Shown here: positions 62,064 to 64,000 of the stretch, in pieces | Numbering within the stretch: position 1 is the first letter of the stretch | Layout: the number at the start of each line of letters is the position of its first letter | Assembly: GCA_965217895.1 (NCBI GenBank) | Contig: CBDCJV010000002.1 | Span: 3,328,001 to 3,392,000, forward strand | Direction: 5' to 3' | DNA length: 64,000 nucleotides | Source of the DNA: Waterburya sp. | Lineage (GTDB): Bacteria > Cyanobacteriota > Cyanobacteriia > Cyanobacteriales > Xenococcaceae | Made by a program: the position numbers and the translations under genes | The notes under the pieces: generated by a model | What the model was told of the DNA's origin: nothing | The model's input: only the letters and a program-made list of their open reading frames with translations | The model's database searches: none

Positions 62064-62138
62064 GTTTACCGCAGCCATTGTTGATACACTGGAATAGTTG
62101 AAATAGTTACTATTAAGTCTGGTTGAGGAGAAGCTTTA

Positions 62139-63305
62139 ATGAAAGCCATGATTTTGGCGGCTGGTAAAGGCACTCGCGTTCGTCCCATAACATACACAAT
62201 ACCCAAACCCCTAATTCCGATTTTGCAAAAGCCAGTCATGGAGTTTTTACTCGAACTTCTAAGACAGCATGGTTTCGATCAAATTATGGTCAACGTTAGC
62301 CATTTAGCTTACGAGATCGAAGGGTATTTTCGCGATGGTCAACGTTTTGGTGTTGATATTGGCTATTCTTTTGAAGGCAGTATCGTTGATGGTCAACTAG
62401 TCGGGGAAGCAGTTGGCTCCGCTGGCGGTTTGCGAAAAATTCAGGACTTTAATGCTTTTTTTGACGATACCTTTGTAGTCTTGTGTGGTGATGCTTTAAT
62501 CGATCTAGACTTAACCGCAGCAGTAGAGCAACACAAAGCCAAAGGCGCGATCGCAACTGTAGTAACAAAAAAAGTTCCCAAAGAAGAAGTTTCCAGCTAC
62601 GGTGTAGTGGTCACTGACGAACAAGGACGGATTCAATCTTTCCAGGAAAAACCTGCCGTCGAAGAGGCTTTGAGTCGAGATATTAATACAGGCATCTATA
62701 TCTTTGAGCCAGAAATATTTGATTATATTCCCCCTAACCAAGAATACGATATTGGTGGAGAATTATTTCCCAAGCTGGTTGCCAAAGAAGCTCCTTTTTT
62801 TGCGGTTTCGATGGATTTTGAATGGGTTGATATTGGCAAAGTTCCCGACTATTGGCACGCTATTCGCGGAGTGCTAACCAGGCAAATTAAAAACGTTAAT
62901 ATTCCTGGTACAGAAGTTGCTCCTGGGATTTATATAGGGCTAAATGTAGCCGTTAACTGGGATAAAGTAGATATTACTGGTCCTGTTTACATCGGCGGAA
63001 TGACCAAAATTGAAGACGGTGCCAAAATTATCGGTCCAGCTATGATTGGTCCTAACTGCTACATCTGTAGTGGTGCAACGGTAGATAACAGCGTTATTTT
63101 TGAATATTCTCGCTTAGGTGAGGGCATTCGCTTAATAGATAAGCTGGTATTTGGTCGTTACTGCGTTGACAAAACAGGTGCCGCGATCGATTTACAGGCA
63201 GCAGCTTTAGACTGGCTAATTACCGATACTCGCAACAATCCTTCAGAACAAGAACTAGATGAACACAAAGTGATCAAAGATTTTTTGAAAGAAGATAGCG
63301 AGTAG
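62139..63305 (+). CDS. cugP: NDP-sugar pyrophosphorylase, probably cyanobacterial UDP-glucose pyrophosphorylase CugP
   Basis: LAAGKGTRVRPITYTIPKP, FQEKP, WVDIG, C-terminal left-handed beta-helix. Confidence 0.8.
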   Translation: MKAMILAAGKGTRVRPITYTIPKPLIPILQKPVMEFLLELLRQHGFDQIMVNVSHLAYEIEGYFRDGQRFGVDIGYSFEGSIVDGQLVGEAVGSAGGLRKIQDFNAFFDDTFVVLCGDALIDLDLTAAVEQHKAKGAIATVVTKKVPKEEVSSYGVVVTDEQGRIQSFQEKPAVEEALSRDINTGIYIFEPEIFDYIPPNQEYDIGGELFPKLVAKEAPFFAVSMDFEWVDIGKVPDYWHAIRGVLTRQIKNVNIPGTEVAPGIYIGLNVAVNWDKVDITGPVYIGGMTKIEDGAKIIGPAMIGPNCYICSGATVDNSVIFEYSRLGEGIRLIDKLVFGRYCVDKTGAAIDLQAAALDWLITDTRNNPSEQELDEHKVIKDFLKEDSE

Positions 63306-63446
63306 CAAATCAAATATATTGGCTCAAATGTACAACCGAGGCGTTCTCTGTTTTAGAATGCGCCTTCTGCTGTTAGGATAGTCGAGAATTGGTATAATAT
63401 TCTTTTCAAACTAAGAACATCTTAAGAATATTATGAGGAGTAAGCC

Positions 63447-64000
63447 ATTTATACGCCTCCTTTAGCTCGCTTAATTGAGCAGCTACAGCTTTTACCAGGA
63501 GTAGGACCAAAAACAGCCCAAAGACTAGCACTACACCTGCTCAAACGCCCTGAAACAGAAGTTCAAGCTTTAGCTCAAGCTTTAGTTGCAGCCAAACAAA
63601 AAGTTGGTTTTTGTCGCGTCTGTTTTCATCTTTCTGCCGAGCCTGTATGTGCAATTTGTAATAATAAAAATCGCGATCGCTCTACAGTATGCGTCGTTGC
63701 CGATTCTCGCGACATTATTGCCCTAGAAAAAATTAGAGAATATAGCGGTTTATATCATGTTTTGGGTGGTGTAATTTCGCCTATGGATGGTATTGGACCA
63801 GAACAGCTTAATATTGAGGCTTTGGTTCGCAGAGTTACCAAAGAGCAAATCAAAGAAATTATTCTAGCAATTAATCCTAGTGTGGAAGGAGAAACTACTA
63901 CTCTATACATTAATGAGTTGCTAAAGCATTTTCCTTTTGCCAAAGTAACCAGAATTGCCTTTGGTTTGCCGATGGGTGGAGATTTGGAATACGCTGACGA
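63447..64000 (+). CDS. recR: recombination protein RecR (partial, runs off window; ATT start)
   Basis: Manual translation (I/M)[27 protein letters not shown]...CRVC...CAIC...[16 protein letters not shown]...EGETT...[12 protein letters not shown]. Confidence 0.93.
   Translation, partial: MYTPPLARLIEQLQLLPGVGPKTAQRLALHLLKRPETEVQALAQALVAAKQKVGFCRVCFHLSAEPVCAICNNKNRDRSTVCVVADSRDIIALEKIREYSGLYHVLGGVISPMDGIGPEQLNIEALVRRVTKEQIKEIILAINPSVEGETTTLYINELLKHFPFAKVTRIAFGLPMGGDLEYAD

Noticed and set aside
1..64000. High density of GCGATCGC
   Set aside because: Known HIP1 motif; used only as a taxonomic indicator

Overview
Cyanobacterial chromosomal window (dense HIP1 GCGATCGC sites; psbY, hli, ndhD, ccmK3/K4, CAB-domain ferrochelatase). 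About 10.8-28.1 kb is the conserved rplC-to-prfA ribosomal superoperon, here with a long rplC leader and an unusual ~15-aa insertion in RpoA. The rest mixes housekeeping genes (thiE/thiS, hemH, cobalamin riboswitch-cbiX, cugP, scpA, AUU-initiated recR) with accessory modules. The two best candidate uncharacterised systems are: (1) a tight operon of a SynDLP-type dynamin-like GTPase, four divergent KGK-domain paralogs (one truncated by a MITE-like repeat) and an HNH nuclease, head-to-head with two tandem GIY-YIG nucleases; (2) a coupled Ser/Thr kinase - TRAFAC GTPase - partner operon whose kinase and partner both end in Trp-Phe. Also present: a merR-SDR cassette bounded by a gene-end duplication that stops at a HIP1 site, a degenerate ISKra4-type IS at a probable deletion junction, a PlsY-PEP-utilising-domain fusion, and nested ~18-nt micro-repeats, one set inside the B12 riboswitch. 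No rRNA, tRNA or CRISPR array was seen. All family assignments are by motif recognition; no searches were run.
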